NCBI GenBank assembly: GCA_964016885.1
Contig: OZ024740.1
Span: forward strand, 167,462,001-167,526,000
DNA length: 64,000 bases
Direction: 5' to 3'
From: Eledone cirrhosa
Lineage: Eukaryota
How positions within the stretch are numbered: the stretch's first letter is position 1; each line of letters opens with the position of its first letter. Shown one piece after another: positions 12,451-26,030 of this stretch. The notes beneath the pieces were generated by a model. It ran no database searches. It was not told the DNA's origin and saw nothing but the letters and a program-made list of their open reading frames with translations. Made by a program: the position numbers and the translations under genes.

Positions 12451-13792
12451 TCTATATTCGTGTACAGATATTTTTGCATACACAAAAACAAAATATAAAC
12501 AAACGTATTTATTTCACGAAAGCACAGACGGCTTATCGTCATTGTTACTGCCGATATGCCACCCCAAAAGTCCTAGCAACGCCGCAAGATCAGATTTTCC
12601 AGAAGAAAAAATGTTATAACAAACGTATTTATTTCATGAAAGCACAGACGCCTTATCATCATTGTTACTGCCGATATGCCACCCAAAATGTCCTAGCCTG
12701 GCCGCAAGATCAGATTTTCCAGAAGAAAAAAAAAGTTACTTGAGCAGCAGAGAGACTACGCTTCGCGATTAACATCAACAAAGCTCAGGGTCACACCCTA
12801 AAAGTGGCTGGCCTTCATCTGGGAAAACCATGGTCAATTGTATGTAGAATGCTCTAGAGTGAGCTCGCCAAACAATCTCTTCATCTTTGCTCTCGAGGGC
12901 CGAACAAAAAAGATTGTATACTCTGAGACTCTAACAATGTAATTTATGTATTTTCTGTTACTTGGAATTTCCATTATGGTTGTACAAATTATTGTAAAGT
13001 TTGTTAAAAAAAACTTGTTCCCTGTTCAACCTTTATTGTTGTAACTATCAATTTTCCTTAACGTACTGGCTGAGAAAAGAAACCTACAATGAAAGAACAT
13101 TTTAAAGTTTACCCAAGCCAAATGTTGTTTCATTAACATTTCTATCTACAGGTTCTTAGCAAGCTTACTGGCGCTTTAGTATGGTATTCAATTCTCATAT
13201 CGTTTTTGATTGATATGGTGGATATATCGCAGCTATTCATAGGTTTTAAACATTAGATAACGATTGCTGATGTATATTGTACAACAGAATTAGCTGAAAA
13301 ATATTTTGAATGAACAAATAAAAGAGATATAAAAGAGAGATGTTTGTTGGTTGGTTCCTTCGCGTATCACACGGAAAAAACGAAAAATGACAATCGGAAA
13401 GTAGAGGATTGGGATAAGAGTATATCCAGCAAAGTTTATTGATACTAATTTTATAAAACCAAAGAAGAAGAAAGACATACCACGTATGCTAACCAACATA
13501 ACTGCTATTTCTAGCAGGTTGGGAATCAACCATAAGGGATTCTCTCTCCGTGTTCGTTGTCAGTGATGATCGTGTTTTGCGGCCTATGTCTCTGATTCCA
13601 ACGGTGGTTTAAACACACATATATATATATACATACACATATGAACACTCACACATATATATATATACACAAACAGACACAAACATACACACACACTGTA
13701 AACAAGACAATGCATTCAATACAGAAGTTTTCTCTTCTGCCGGTCTTCTCTTATCATTTGTTAACCTTGGCGATGCTAGGTACCTCAGCTAG
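12451..13792 (+). mobile_element. Helitron remnant with PIF1-like helicase C-terminus and 3' hairpin+CTAG
   Basis: 12750-12935 translates FAININKAQGHTLKVAGLHL../HGQLYVECSRV..NNLFIFA..TKKIVY; ends accttggc(gat)gctaggt..CTAG|T; 120-bp tandem duplication 12497-12730; 5' end uncertain. Confidence 0.8.
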
Positions 13793-13793
13793 T

Positions 13794-14255
13794 ATATATA
13801 TATAAAGTTGTATTCCTGTCTGTTTGTTTGTTTCTTTGTTCACGAACTATTCCTATGGTTTTGGAGAAAGACCCCCATAACCATATATATTCTGAATCAA
13901 AATTGCCCAGGGTGCTTGGATACGTATATTTCATTTTAATCAAATGGTTCACTGGGGCACAAAACCCCGGTGAAAACCCCCTCTGAAACCATAGGTAAAT
14001 GACAAGATATGATGCATATTCACAAAAGTTTTGAATTGATATTTTGAAAAGAATTATTTACAAGAAACAAAATAAGAATAAGATTTAATAATGTAATTTT
14101 GATTTGATATATTACAAAAAAAATAATGTTTTCCAATCTTTCATGCATTACATTTTACATTGAGTAATATTGAAATGCAGAGTTTTTCTCTATAAATTAT
14201 ATCACTGATTTAAAATCAATCATCATTTTCTTACAAGCGCGGGTAATTCGGCTAG
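13794..14255 (+). mobile_element. Non-autonomous Helitron-like element
   Basis: 5' tatatataaag..tgtctgtttgtttg and 3' gcgcgggtaattcggCTAG|T. Confidence 0.55.
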
Positions 14256-14265
14256 TATATATATG

Positions 14266-14319
<54 letters not shown>

Positions 14320-14329
<10 letters not shown>

Positions 14330-15376
14330 AGACCATGTGACCTCTGCGCCGCTGAGGCCCTGGAAAAACTATACGTCACAGACAACATCTTAAACAAACA
14401 ATCTGAGGCAAGTTCGGCTTGTAAACATAAATTGCACAAAACTTTCCTGTATTACAGCCCCACGTTATACCCTAACGGATAGTACGATCTATACATGGAT
14501 ATTTTACGTCTTGATGTGGTAGCTAAATATATGTTTTGTTTATACCATTACTTATTTGCATAGGTAGGTATATATTACCTGTATGTTTTGTGAAGGTACG
14601 TATACTTTCTAGTACGTATATTTCATTGTATATTTATGGCGTATAATTTTTATATATCTACTGGTACATATGATTTGGTTATGTGTTACCGCAGTTTTGC
14701 GTATGTGTGAGTATGCAGGTTCGTACGTATTTAGGGTGTGTGTATATGTGTACTTCATGTTTTGGTTGACTTACGTCTCCGAACATTTGTGTATTTACAT
14801 GTAGGTATGTGTGTGCGCTTGTTATATACTTATTTATTTATTTATATACGTTTATTTAATTATTTATTTATTTGTATACACACACACACACACATATTTA
14901 TATGTGCGTGGTTTTGTATACCTATGGTAAGTGTTTTCGTGTATGCTTGTGTATGTAAGCATTTTTATGCGTGTATGTATTTATTTAATTTCTATTACCT
15001 CTGTATTGTATTTATTTATTTTATTCTTAACTCTGACGTGGAGATTCATTCGGTCTCCTAGTTAGAATTTTAGTCTACGACTTCTGCTATACCATTTACG
15101 TGGTTTTGTCTTTGCGTGCAATTGTTCTCCGCGATACACATATGACGTATTATCTTCGTTTTTTTTCGTTCATTGCCACCTATGAACCACCTAAGAGAAC
15201 ATTAGTCTACGACCTTTTTTATACCATAAACCTGGTTCTGTCTTTGCGCATAATTGTTTTTCACCGCTCCTATTAATGACGTATTATATTCGTTTTTTCC
15301 CGTTCTTTGCCAGAGAATATTTCCACGAACCAAAGTATCGTCTTCCTGTCTTCCTCCGGTTGCAACGTTTTTTGAA

Positions 15377-15380
<4 letters not shown>
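14320..15380 (+). mobile_element. Penelope-like pLTR remnant (GIY-YIG C-terminus + 3' region)
   Basis: RPCDLCAAEALEKL..ILNKQSE..CKH matches the CxLC..E..LN..E..CxH PLE endonuclease tail; ends cggttgcaacgttttt(c)gaaata as at 12315-12335. Confidence 0.6.
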
Positions 15381-15406
<26 letters not shown>

Positions 15407-15407
<1 letters not shown>

Positions 15408-15606
15408 GTAATAATAATAAATTTGAAGACTAAAATCCAAAGAAGGCTCGATAAAGATAAATATATATCAGATATATAAGAACCGTAGAGCAAATATTTA
15501 TTAAAATAACAGATTAAAGTTTCAGCAAAGAATCGCTGCTTTCACCCTCAACGGGATCTTCTGAAACTCGGAGTTTCAGAAGATCCCGTTAAGGGTGAAA
15601 TCAGCT
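15407..15606 (-). mobile_element. Fold-back mini-element with CAGAAGA-type HHR (15518-15568) and inverted partial copy (15571-15606)
   Basis: Same family as 44231-44505 and 12367-12435; palindrome centre at 15570. Confidence 0.7.
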
Positions 15607-15610
15607 ATTA

Positions 15611-16215
15611 TTTTAAAGTAGTGACTATGTCACTTACTTCTTTTTTCAACAAACAAAGGGAGAAAGGTTGACATATCTGTTTCATACTGTTGGTAATCAT
15701 CAAAAGTTAGCACTCAGCGATGCCTGTTGAAAATTATAGATGCTGGGTTGTTGTAGAATTCCAGTAATTATCAGGAACTGATTATACAGAGCGATTGCCG
15801 GTCCAGCAAAAATTGAAAATTAGAATTGGTGCACTAAAATAGCGATGTATATTTGGTAATATACTGTATGCTTAATTAAAAGCATTTTGAAGACCTTGCG
15901 CTATTAATTTAAAGTAGTGACTATGTCACTTCTTTTTTCAACAAACAAAGAGAGATAAGCTGACAGATCTGTTTCATACTGTTGGTAATCATCAGAGCTT
16001 AGCTTATTGGAATTCTATAAGAAACCAACATCTATAATTTTCAACAGGCATCGACGAGTGCTAAACTCTGATGATTACCAACAGTATGAAACAAATCTGT
16101 CAGCTTATCTCCCTTTGTTTCTTGAAAAAAGAAGTGACATAGTCACTCCTTTAAAATATTGGCGCAAAGTATACAAAAATGTGTTTAATTAAGCCTACAG
16201 TATATTGCCAAATAT
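15611..16215. mobile_element. Tandem + inverted pLTR-like repeat carrying three HHR copies
   Basis: Direct repeats at ~15612 and ~15908, inverted copy ~16030-16215. Confidence 0.7.
15957..16000 (-). ncRNA. Type I HHR with palindromic stem III (dimer-type)
   Basis: aagct-CTGATGA-t-tac(caaca)gta-t-GAAA-cag(at)ctg-TC-agctt; sister copies 16063-16106 (+) and ~15666-15710 (-, mutated). Confidence 0.85.
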
Positions 16216-16249
16216 ACTATATATATATTCATATATTATATATATTTAC

Positions 16250-16280
<31 letters not shown>

Positions 16281-16336
16281 TATATATTATGGAATACTGT
16301 TGGCTTTTCGCTACAATGTTTTCTATACATTTCATT

Positions 16337-16364
<28 letters not shown>

Positions 16365-16369
<5 letters not shown>

Positions 16370-16946
16370 AAATAATGAATAAAACAATGAAACAGTTCCT
16401 TATATTAAACAAAAAAAGGTTCATTATTTAACGATCGTTTCTGGGATATATATGTGTTAGAATTGGCATGTATATTTAACAGATCTATGTACAAAATTAT
16501 ACAAAATTATACAAACTATCAAAATTAAATATACATACCAACTCATATATATGCCGTCTTCAGAAATAATGAAGACGGCATATATATGAGTTGGTATGTA
16601 TATTTCTGAAGACGGCATATATATGAGTTGGTATGTATATTTAATTTTGATAGTTTGTATAATTTTGTATAATTTTGTACATAGATCTGTTAAATATACA
16701 TGCCAATTCTAACACATATATATATCCCAGAAACGATCGTTAAATAATGAACCTTTTTTTGTTTAATATAAGGAACTGTTTCATTGTTTTATTCATTATT
16801 TTTTTAATATTTTATCTTGACTCTGTATTCCGTTTATCTTTCACCGAAAGTGATTTTTCATTGCATCTCTTCTTTCCATGATATCCGGATTACATTGAGT
16901 TCTTCATACGGATTGGACACTACCGTAAACTCTTGGTAGATTTATC

Positions 16947-16950
<4 letters not shown>
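16365..16950. mobile_element. Near-perfect ~200-bp-arm fold-back insertion in (TA)n with two long-stem-II HHR motifs
   Basis: Arms 16365-16568 and 16601-16805 are reverse complements; unique tail to ~16950; (TA)n on both sides. Confidence 0.8.
16601..16746 (+). ncRNA. HHR-like motif with ~120-nt stem II (inverted copy 16425-16568)
   Basis: tattt-CTGAAGA-[long hairpin incl. ttggtatgtatatttaa/ttaaatatacatgccaa]-GAAA-cgatcg-TT-aaata. Confidence 0.65.
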
Positions 16951-16981
<31 letters not shown>

Positions 16982-16986
<5 letters not shown>

Positions 16987-17893
16987 TAAATTTAGTCTTT
17001 CGTCACTGATCTGCCAACTTTCATTGGTATTTCATCGCTTTAAAGACCATATACCTCCGGTTGGTGCGAGCAACGGCTAAAGAAAGTCGTTGGAACACGT
17101 AAATAAGGGGAACGAGCGAGAGTGTAAACAATCAAGGATGGTAATGCAATGAAAAGTGAGGAAGAAGGAGTCAAGTCCCTGAAATCGGTGAACATAAGTT
17201 CTTTGAAATCGTGAACGAGAGAGAAAAAGACCATCAAACCTGGTCGAAATGTGAGCAAGGAAAGAATTTCGCACAGGTCAAACGGGAGGAAGAAGGAGTC
17301 AAGTCCCTGAAATCGGTGAACATAAGTTCTGTGAAATCGTAGAGGAGAGAGAATAAAAAGAACAACCGACCTGGTCAAAGTGTGCGTGAGGAAATAATTT
17401 CGCACTGTCTGTTTCTGTCTTACTGCTTCCTCTTTTCTCTGTGTCTCTCACTTCCCTTTACCCCCTCTAACAGTCACTCTCTCTGTTAGCCTCTTCCTCA
17501 CCTTTCACTCACTCACTCTCCGCTACTCCCTGTCCTACTTCCTCCCGTTTGACCTGTGCGAAATTCTTTTCTCGCGCACATTTTGACCAGTTCGGTTCTT
17601 CTTTTTATTCTCTCTCGTCTACGATTTCACAGAACATATGTTCACCGATTTCAGGGACTTGACTCCTTCTTCCTCACTTTTCGTTGCATTACCATCTTTG
17701 ATTGTTTACAGTCTCGCTCGTTCTCCTTATTTATGTGTCCCAACGACTTTCTTTAGCCGTTGCTCGCACCAACCGGAGGTATATGGTCTTTAAAGCGATG
17801 AAATACCAATGAAGGTTGGCAGATCACTGATGAAGGACTAAATTTATTCATATGTAACCCATTTGCAACCACGCAGCACGCCATGTTTTCATA

Positions 17894-17895
<2 letters not shown>
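16982..17895. mobile_element. Inverted pair of the 615-bp repeat family (diverged subfamily)
   Basis: Minus copy 16982-17405 and plus copy ~17410-17895; homologous to 42157-44011; flanked by (TA)n. Confidence 0.8.
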
Positions 17896-17934
<39 letters not shown>

Positions 17935-19519
17935 TCAATTACTCAATTACATCTAAGTATGTACACATAAATTGTGTGTGTGTGGGGGGGCGTATGTGTG
18001 CATGAATAGCTATATAATGTGTTCTATATAATGTGTTCAGGAAGTGTGATCAAACATGTCCGATACATCATGTGTTGAAACAGAATACTACACTAAAAAT
18101 GATAGACAACATCTGAGTGCCGAGCCAAGCTCGCATATACATTGTAAGTAAATAAACAACTGTCGCTTGGGTGGCCTTCAGATGGTAGCGTGTTTTTTTT
18201 TTGTTGTCTTCTTTTATGCAAAAGCTGTCTTGTCTGCAGAGTTCGTGGTTAAATGCTCCGAAAAATTTTAAGCGAAATATTGAGGAGAAATATTGCTGTC
18301 AATCATATGATTGCAAACTACCATATTTACGTTTACTGAATAGGATTTCGTCTTGTTGTCACTATACTAATCATAGCCAGTTGAAGCTATTCATATACCA
18401 CTCCTTTCCGGGGAAGAGGAAGTGGTTATCAAAAACTATATATATGAGATGAGATATCAGTACTGGCTCAGTCACTTCACAATGGTGATGGACAGATAAA
18501 ATTAATAGCGCTCGTTTGTCTGCTCTTTGCTACCTAAAACATGCAGCGCAAAAACCCTTACATAATGCAATGGAAATACAAAGCGCTGTGTACTGTGTTT
18601 GCAGTCAAGTAACATCATGACAGAATTTGATTACGTAGAAAGATGAAGTTGCTAGTTTACCTGTCAAAATATCTACCATTATCTACTGTTTTTCATTTAA
18701 TTCATATATGCAGTTTGGTTCCTATATGCTTTATACATAACTTTTACCATTCTAGATTTTCATTCAATATTCTTAGTCACATATGTGGCAATATTGGAAT
18801 AATTTGATTAACACGCTACGGCTAACGGCCAACATAACATATCCCGAATCCTGCGGTGTCAGAATTACTTTCCAGTCGTGTAATATACACGCGGTAGTGA
18901 TGCTAGAAAATCATATTAAATTAAACATTAAACTCAGTGGACACAGTAAGGTCACTTGCATGTAATATAATGAGTTGACACTTTTCGATCAACAGAGAGT
19001 TTTCCAACAATTGGAATAGAAAACATCAAACATGGGAAATAACTTCAATACGTACAGTTGACCGAAATTGATGCCCAATATAGACAATGCAGATCGTCAT
19101 GGGATAGGCCTTTAAAGCCAATTGTTGAAATCAAAACACATGTTTCGATCTCATTAGATGTAGGTAACGCATATCTTCTTCCATTGGCAAAACTACATGT
19201 GTTGAATAGATATAGACATGGCTAGATGCATTATTTATTACTTAAGGTATTTCATTTCCATAAAATAATTTCAATTTAACCCTAATCTCATCCACGCACA
19301 ATTTAACAAATAAAACCCAATGAAAATGATTACATATATAAATACAGCTATGGGCCGAATAAGCGTCAGTGAGAGCAGCCGCTGCGCAAACTATCCGTAC
19401 CATCCTACAAACAAGAGAAGTTCACAGTGGATAATGGACATAATGAAGACAATATTCAACATCTGAACACATTTACTCATACAAGGGTACTGATGTTTTA
19501 TTTAAATGTGTATGAGAGT

Positions 19520-20180
19520 ACATGAAATTACAAGATATTGCCTTCATAATACGACCGCGGTTTTTCCCAATGATTGTAGTAGTGCCGGAAATCCTTTTAT
19601 GTACCCTTACTTAGTTTGTCGGTTTAAATATTTTGTACGTTTTCCATAATCCTGAAATGATGATCTCTCAACTTAGATTTCAACTTAAAGAAGAGGTAGA
19701 ATTACATAGAGCTAGTCCTGGGCTGTCTGGAAGATGTAGAATTATGGACAGTTTTTTTCCTCGCCAGAAATTCTCTAACTGAAAGTTCTGTGTAAGCAGG
19801 CATATTATCATGGTGCAGTACCCTATCTCCTGCAAATGTTCTTTCTGACTCACTGAACCAATTTTCGAAGTCGTTCCAAGACATATTTTTAGGTACGATT
19901 AACTGTTTGTCCTGGAGATAAAAATTACTTTTGAACAATACAATGGATGTCGAAAAAAACGGTAAGCATAGTTTTCACCCTGGATTTGCTCATGCCTGCC
20001 CTCCAGCCGGGTAGCCTTTTCTCCCCAGACAAGTTTTTGGTAATTAGATTTGCCCAAGCTTTTTGTATGTACAAGTGAGCTGTTAAAATTCTGTGAACAA
20101 CAATTTTATCCAAGCCCGATTCTTCTGCAATCATCCTAAAACTTAATCGGTGATATTTTGCCAACACCATTCGCTAAACT
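19520..20180 (-). mobile_element. Mariner transposase remnant
   Basis: RLSFRMIAEESGL..VHRIL, SKSRVKTMLTVFFD, LHHDNMPAYT..VREFLA motifs. Confidence 0.85.
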
Positions 20181-22410
20181 TCCCTTAAAATCGAATGCCT
20201 TATTTTCTGGGTAAAATAAGAACTAAACAATCAATTAGTTAGGAACAACTGATCGTAGTTTCAGAATATATTTTAGTCAATTTTTTTCGGATTTCTGGAC
20301 AAGACCATATACTGCAACAAATTGAAAAGATCTCGTTGATACCCAGTTCTAAGTGGCTGAATCAAACTGAAACTTGTATGGTGTCATGTGACACTATTTA
20401 AATGATACAGAAAGAGATGCTCTACGTGTGATCATGACAAATGGCATCCAAATCTCCCTCTAACTGCCATCTTCAAAGTGAAAATATACGTTGCATGAGC
20501 TAGTAAATTATAAACGTTTTGAACATAAGGATAAATGAACTTGACTATAGGGCTCTTTGACTATAGGTTTCTTTGACTGGAATTGATCAGGAACAATATA
20601 AAGAAAATCATCAGCTTTAGTTTATATATTTGGGGAATTTATTTATTATATATACTAGTCACAATTATTCTAATCACTAGTTGTTTTAAATTATCTTTTT
20701 CTCTGACTAAGTTGAAGCATTAAAATATTTCATCAATTTGTTATTTTCCTGTTCAAAGATTATTTGTTGTCTTTTTGTTGTTATTCTGTTAAGGACGGAT
20801 GGGCTGTGAACATGATTCTTTTTATAGCTTGCGAGATTGGTGTGAGAAGGAAAAGAAGTTCTCAAAACCTAGATCTCGTCTGAATGGATGTAACATAATG
20901 GACCATCCGAGTTTCAGAGAGTGGTGATAAACCAAGTAACAGATTATGTCTACAGCACATGTAGAGTTCAGAGATATTTAAACTCAGAACGGAAAGAACC
21001 GGAAACGGACACAAAGACATCTCGTCCGCTGCTCTTTATCATTTAAGTGAATACTCTGACCTAGTACTTTATTTAATCAATCTCGAATATATAAACGGCA
21101 TATGTAACCTTGGTGAAATTTGAACTCATTTTTTTAATATATTGTTTAGTGTATTATTGATCACTTTAAAGATCGATTTCTCTAGAAATATATTTGTTGT
21201 ATATACTCTCTCTTCCTTGATGTTTGACGAGCAGCTATATTCTTGCTGTGTTAATCAATTGAGAGGTCGTCTTATATTGCTTAAATTCTATTTAAGGTGA
21301 TAACATTCTTTAGAGACCACTTTAATGACGTTGTCTTTAAAGTGTTACACGCCTTTAGGCATTCAGCTAACCATTTCGATATATCTGAAGAGAAACTGTT
21401 GGCAGCGCGATAACATAAGTATGCGGTGATAGCATCCACGTAACATATAAACACACATACATGTGTATATAACTTTTACATTAGATATACAGGATCTTCT
21501 CAGGTTTAGAAAGCGTTAACATTAGACAAAAGATTTATCTAACGCTAATATTAGTGCATTTAACCACTTTACCCAGTAACATTTATGTAACCTTTTGCTT
21601 ACTTTCTTGCTACACAACTCTTGAGAATAGAACGTTATCACCTGACAGTTTACACACGTATTCAGGTATCCATCCACTTACACATGGGCAGAGATAACTA
21701 CTCATTTACAAATACACACAGTGATGAGTAAGAATGTTTGGATGTATATATATACACAACTTATATATATGGACATTGCATAATAAACAAAATGGTAATA
21801 ACATACGAGTCTTTAATTGCAATTTTTCATGAACCGAAGTCGGTTACTGACAAGTATATTACTTTTGCAGGCAAAAGCAATTTAGCATTTCGTCTGTTTG
21901 CATCAAATAACAACTGTTGCACAGTAATTAATCTAAACGTCTGCCAGGTGGTGGTTATGCGGGGCATTAGTAAATGAATGATTGCTTCACACAAAATTCT
22001 TCTACATCCGGTAACTAAAACCAACCGAACTTCGAAGAAATCTCGCTAACAGCTCCTACCGTTATTTATTTGCTCTTTAATCATTTGTAATTCATTTCTT
22101 TATGTCCGGTTCACTATAATTATTTCATTCGTATTTGAGTTTTTGTTAATTTCCTTAGAGGATGGGGTCTTCTTTTCATTTATCTATTTTATTTATTTAA
22201 TTATTTATTTACTTGTTTTTTTTGTGGTTTATTTTTGTTTGTTATTTTTTTCAACAGGTCATGAACATATTCATTGTTTTCCTTTTGGTTATTTTGAATA
22301 GATCTTCAAAGCAAAATAAAAGTATCGAAATGGCTAGACGGTTGAATTTTAGCTAGAATATTTATTTTTCATTTTAAGCACATCATTAAAAAACACACCA
22401 ATATAAGCAA

Positions 22411-22488
<78 letters not shown>

Positions 22489-23499
22489 TGTGTATATATA
22501 TATATATATTTATACTGTGTATATATATATGAAACAGGATTATAAAGCAATATTTACGTTCCGCGTGCTTGATAATACACAGATCTCTCGAGTAATGTAG
22601 ACGAACAACAAATGAAATATACAGTGTACTCTGTCTGGTTTGGATTACGCTACCGTATTTCATTATAAGTTAGTCAGGGATGTAATGAGTGATGTAAAGA
22701 AAAGGTGAGATTGCGCTGAGCTGGCTAAGGAAGAGTTATGACGTTTTTTAAAAGTTTTATCTTGTGTTTCCTTTGTGTTTCATTTTTCAATTAGCATGGA
22801 ATTTTAAATATTGCGGTAACAGATAGCGCTTTTAACTTTACTTATTTATTTATTTGTGTGTGATTCGTTTTATTCTCTTTTCATAGAATATTCAGGAGGA
22901 AGAAATTCTGCTCGTAGACATTGTAGGCCCATAAACACTTGTGAGCTCAATGGGGTAAGGTTCCATTTGAATAATCGCATGATGATGACTGCATGAAAGA
23001 CAACTGCGTGGTGATACTGTGGCAGGGATGGAAGTCATCTAGTAATTAATACAAGACCTGTGAGATTATCATCAAATTCAACGCCATCATAAACATTATC
23101 ATCCACGTCATCCTAACTATAACCCTTCTACCATTACCGCAATTATTATAATAACCTTCTTCGTGTTTGTTGTAATCATAATAGCCATCAATATCTTAAT
23201 AAATACTTTTATTTTGCTAATAGAAATTTCTCCCAAACCACATTCTTCTATCAATCAGGATTCGAACACTTTATGAAGTATAAATATATCCTTTCTTTAT
23301 TCTTTACTGATTTCCCTTTGGGAAAATAATGGGATGATCGTTTTGGGAACGTCTTTGATCATAACATGCATATTTCTGATCAAAACCTAATTTTCATCCC
23401 AAGAGACTAGCCTATTTCATTCAGAAAGATATTAGACATAAAAATAGACCACTTAAAATAGGGAATCCATAAAGAAAAGGAAAACTATGCAACTAAAGA

Positions 23500-26030
23500 A
23501 CCAACAACAATGAAAACAAAGTGAATAAAAACGCTAAATTTTTAAACATACAAAACGTATTCTAAGACAATCGGTCTAACACGTGCAACATAAACAGCAA
23601 ATAGCAAAAGGTAATGAATCGAACACTACAACACTTAAATCATGCTTATCAACATAAGATGTTTGGACGAGTATAACAAAACAAAAATATGTATAAAAAA
23701 GTTAATAAGAAATATATTTGGGAATGGTAGAGATTTCTAAAGATGGAAACTATTAATATAGCATTAATCAAAACGAGTAAATAATTAAATATTTAAAATA
23801 GATAACATATTTTCTTACAGCAAACCCTCCTAAGAATAAAACGTAACTATAAAATAGCAACAGAGTTAAAAGCACATATATGGATATGTTAGATTTAATG
23901 AAACTTTATAGAATATTAATTTCAGTAGAATAGATGAAATTATATTTGTAGCAGCATCTGGAGTTCCAAAGGTAAGCGGAAGTTTCCTCAGATCTACTCA
24001 TCTCAGAACATTAAATGCCATAGAATATTATCAAGAAAAGCAATAAAAAAAGAACCGAAAAATCTCAATCCTAAATGAAATCAATAAAAGGAAAACGTAG
24101 CTGAAAGCAAACAAAGAAGCATAGACAGATATTATAGAAAGTAAAAAGAAAGAAATACAATGAATAAAAAATAAAATGCCTAAAAAAAGAGATTCTCAAG
24201 TAATCGTAAATAATCCATTCTTAAAAAGCGACTGCGATTCCCTGAAGAAAATAAATATATAGACAGCAATCAAAAATTATTTTATCAATAACTAGGAAAA
24301 TATAAAATAAACATGCAATATATAACCAATAGCAACAGAAGCATAAGTATTCTGGAATGGAGTAGAGACAGCGAAGTAATTACGCAGTATCCAATCTAAA
24401 CACTCGCAGTACACCATATCGACTCAAAAAGTAGCCCAGGCGCTTCCGAAACACACACAAGCAACTGAAAACCACCTGGAAATAATAGAACTTCCAATTG
24501 TCTCAATGAACTGTTTAAGAAGTGAATATAAAATACTACAAACATATTTAATAACATATTGAAAGAACCGGAAATATGAGCTGACTAGTTCACTAAGGAA
24601 AAAGAAAGTTTTATCGCCAGAGAAAAGAAACAAAAAACACTAACAACTAAATTGATAAATTTCGGCATTTCTACTGCTTGCAAAATCTTCACCGCAATAA
24701 TATCGTTGCCAAAAACAATAACAATTTCCAAATAAAAACAGAAGATATATCAAAACATCCGCATATAGTTCTAAACAATAATTAGAGATCAACAAATGCA
24801 CAGTTGAAAACTGTAAAGAAGGAAGAAGAATCTGACCATTACATAGATTGACTACTAGATGGGTTTGGTAATGTTTCTTGCATAGCATCCATAGAAGAAT
24901 ATTCCGAGAGAACTTTTTTCTATACTATTTTACTTCCCTGTACCTTTTGAGAAAAATTATATTTACCACGAATAGAGGAATGTAGGGTTATATGCAATTA
25001 GAACATTATTATAATACTTCAATGGAAATATAATAAATGCCACTACAAAACGCAGCGAAATTAAAACCATTGCGTTCTTTCTTTGTGGTATCTAGCACAA
25101 GAAAACCAGAGACTGGAGTAACAAACAGTCCTGAACATCATCGAAAAGAACAGACATATGAAAGTATACAAGCAGGGATACAAAAAGATAAGCCTAAACG
25201 ATATCAGAAAACACCTATCAACGCCAGTTCCTAAAAGAATGAAGCAAGATGAAAATAGATAACATATATTTGACTGAGAAGAGAAGGAAAATGTGGTGTT
25301 GGTGGTGGTGGTATCCATTGTGATCAGGCTAATATTTTAACATGAAATGTAAGAAGCTGAATTAGCCTGAAACAAATATGACACAGGAAAACAATCTAGC
25401 TCACAATCATCTGTAACAATGGTGTGCATAGTGACAAGGTCATTGCAAGACATCGAGATATAATTATTGAAGAATATGTACGAAAGCTCCATGTAGTCTG
25501 ACATACAGTTAGATCCCTTTTGATGATAATATCACAGAAAAATAAATCTATAATTTGAGTGTTCTGAAATGGAAATAAGCAGAATGTGCGTTATGAACCT
25601 AAATACGGTTATGAATCAATAATTGAAGCACTAGATATGACAAAGAAGAAAAATATCGTAAAAAATATACCAGAATTCATAAATCTATGCAAGCCACTAC
25701 CAACAGAAAATAATACAAGCGACAGAATATTTACAAAGCAATAAAATAATACAACCCGCAAAGTATACATTCTACCGAAGTTGAATGGATACTAGGGTAA
25801 CTCAAGATACAATAAAATGAAAACTCTTCACTGCAAAGTTATATAGATGTAGCACATAAACACAATTCTGCTTTCCAAAAGATAGTGCCGAACACATCTC
25901 ATAGACATGGGGCTGCACCTAGTGTTATAGTAAGAAAATGTCCTGAAACATATGAAAATAATGATTATGATGCTGGGAGTAGTTGCAGACAGGCTGAGGA
26001 TTATGATTATGATGATGATGATAATGATGA
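23500..26030 (+). mobile_element. Highly decayed A-rich LINE-like remnant (possibly R4-like)
   Basis: Strong A-rich strand bias, only faint motif traces, (ATG/ATT)n tail; no intact motif. Confidence 0.3.

Noticed and set aside
17950-23400. Possible host exons in the less repetitive stretches (also 34-38 kb and 50-51 kb)
   Set aside because: No ORF with recognisable homology or convincing splice-site pair; small exons cannot be excluded without RNA-seq
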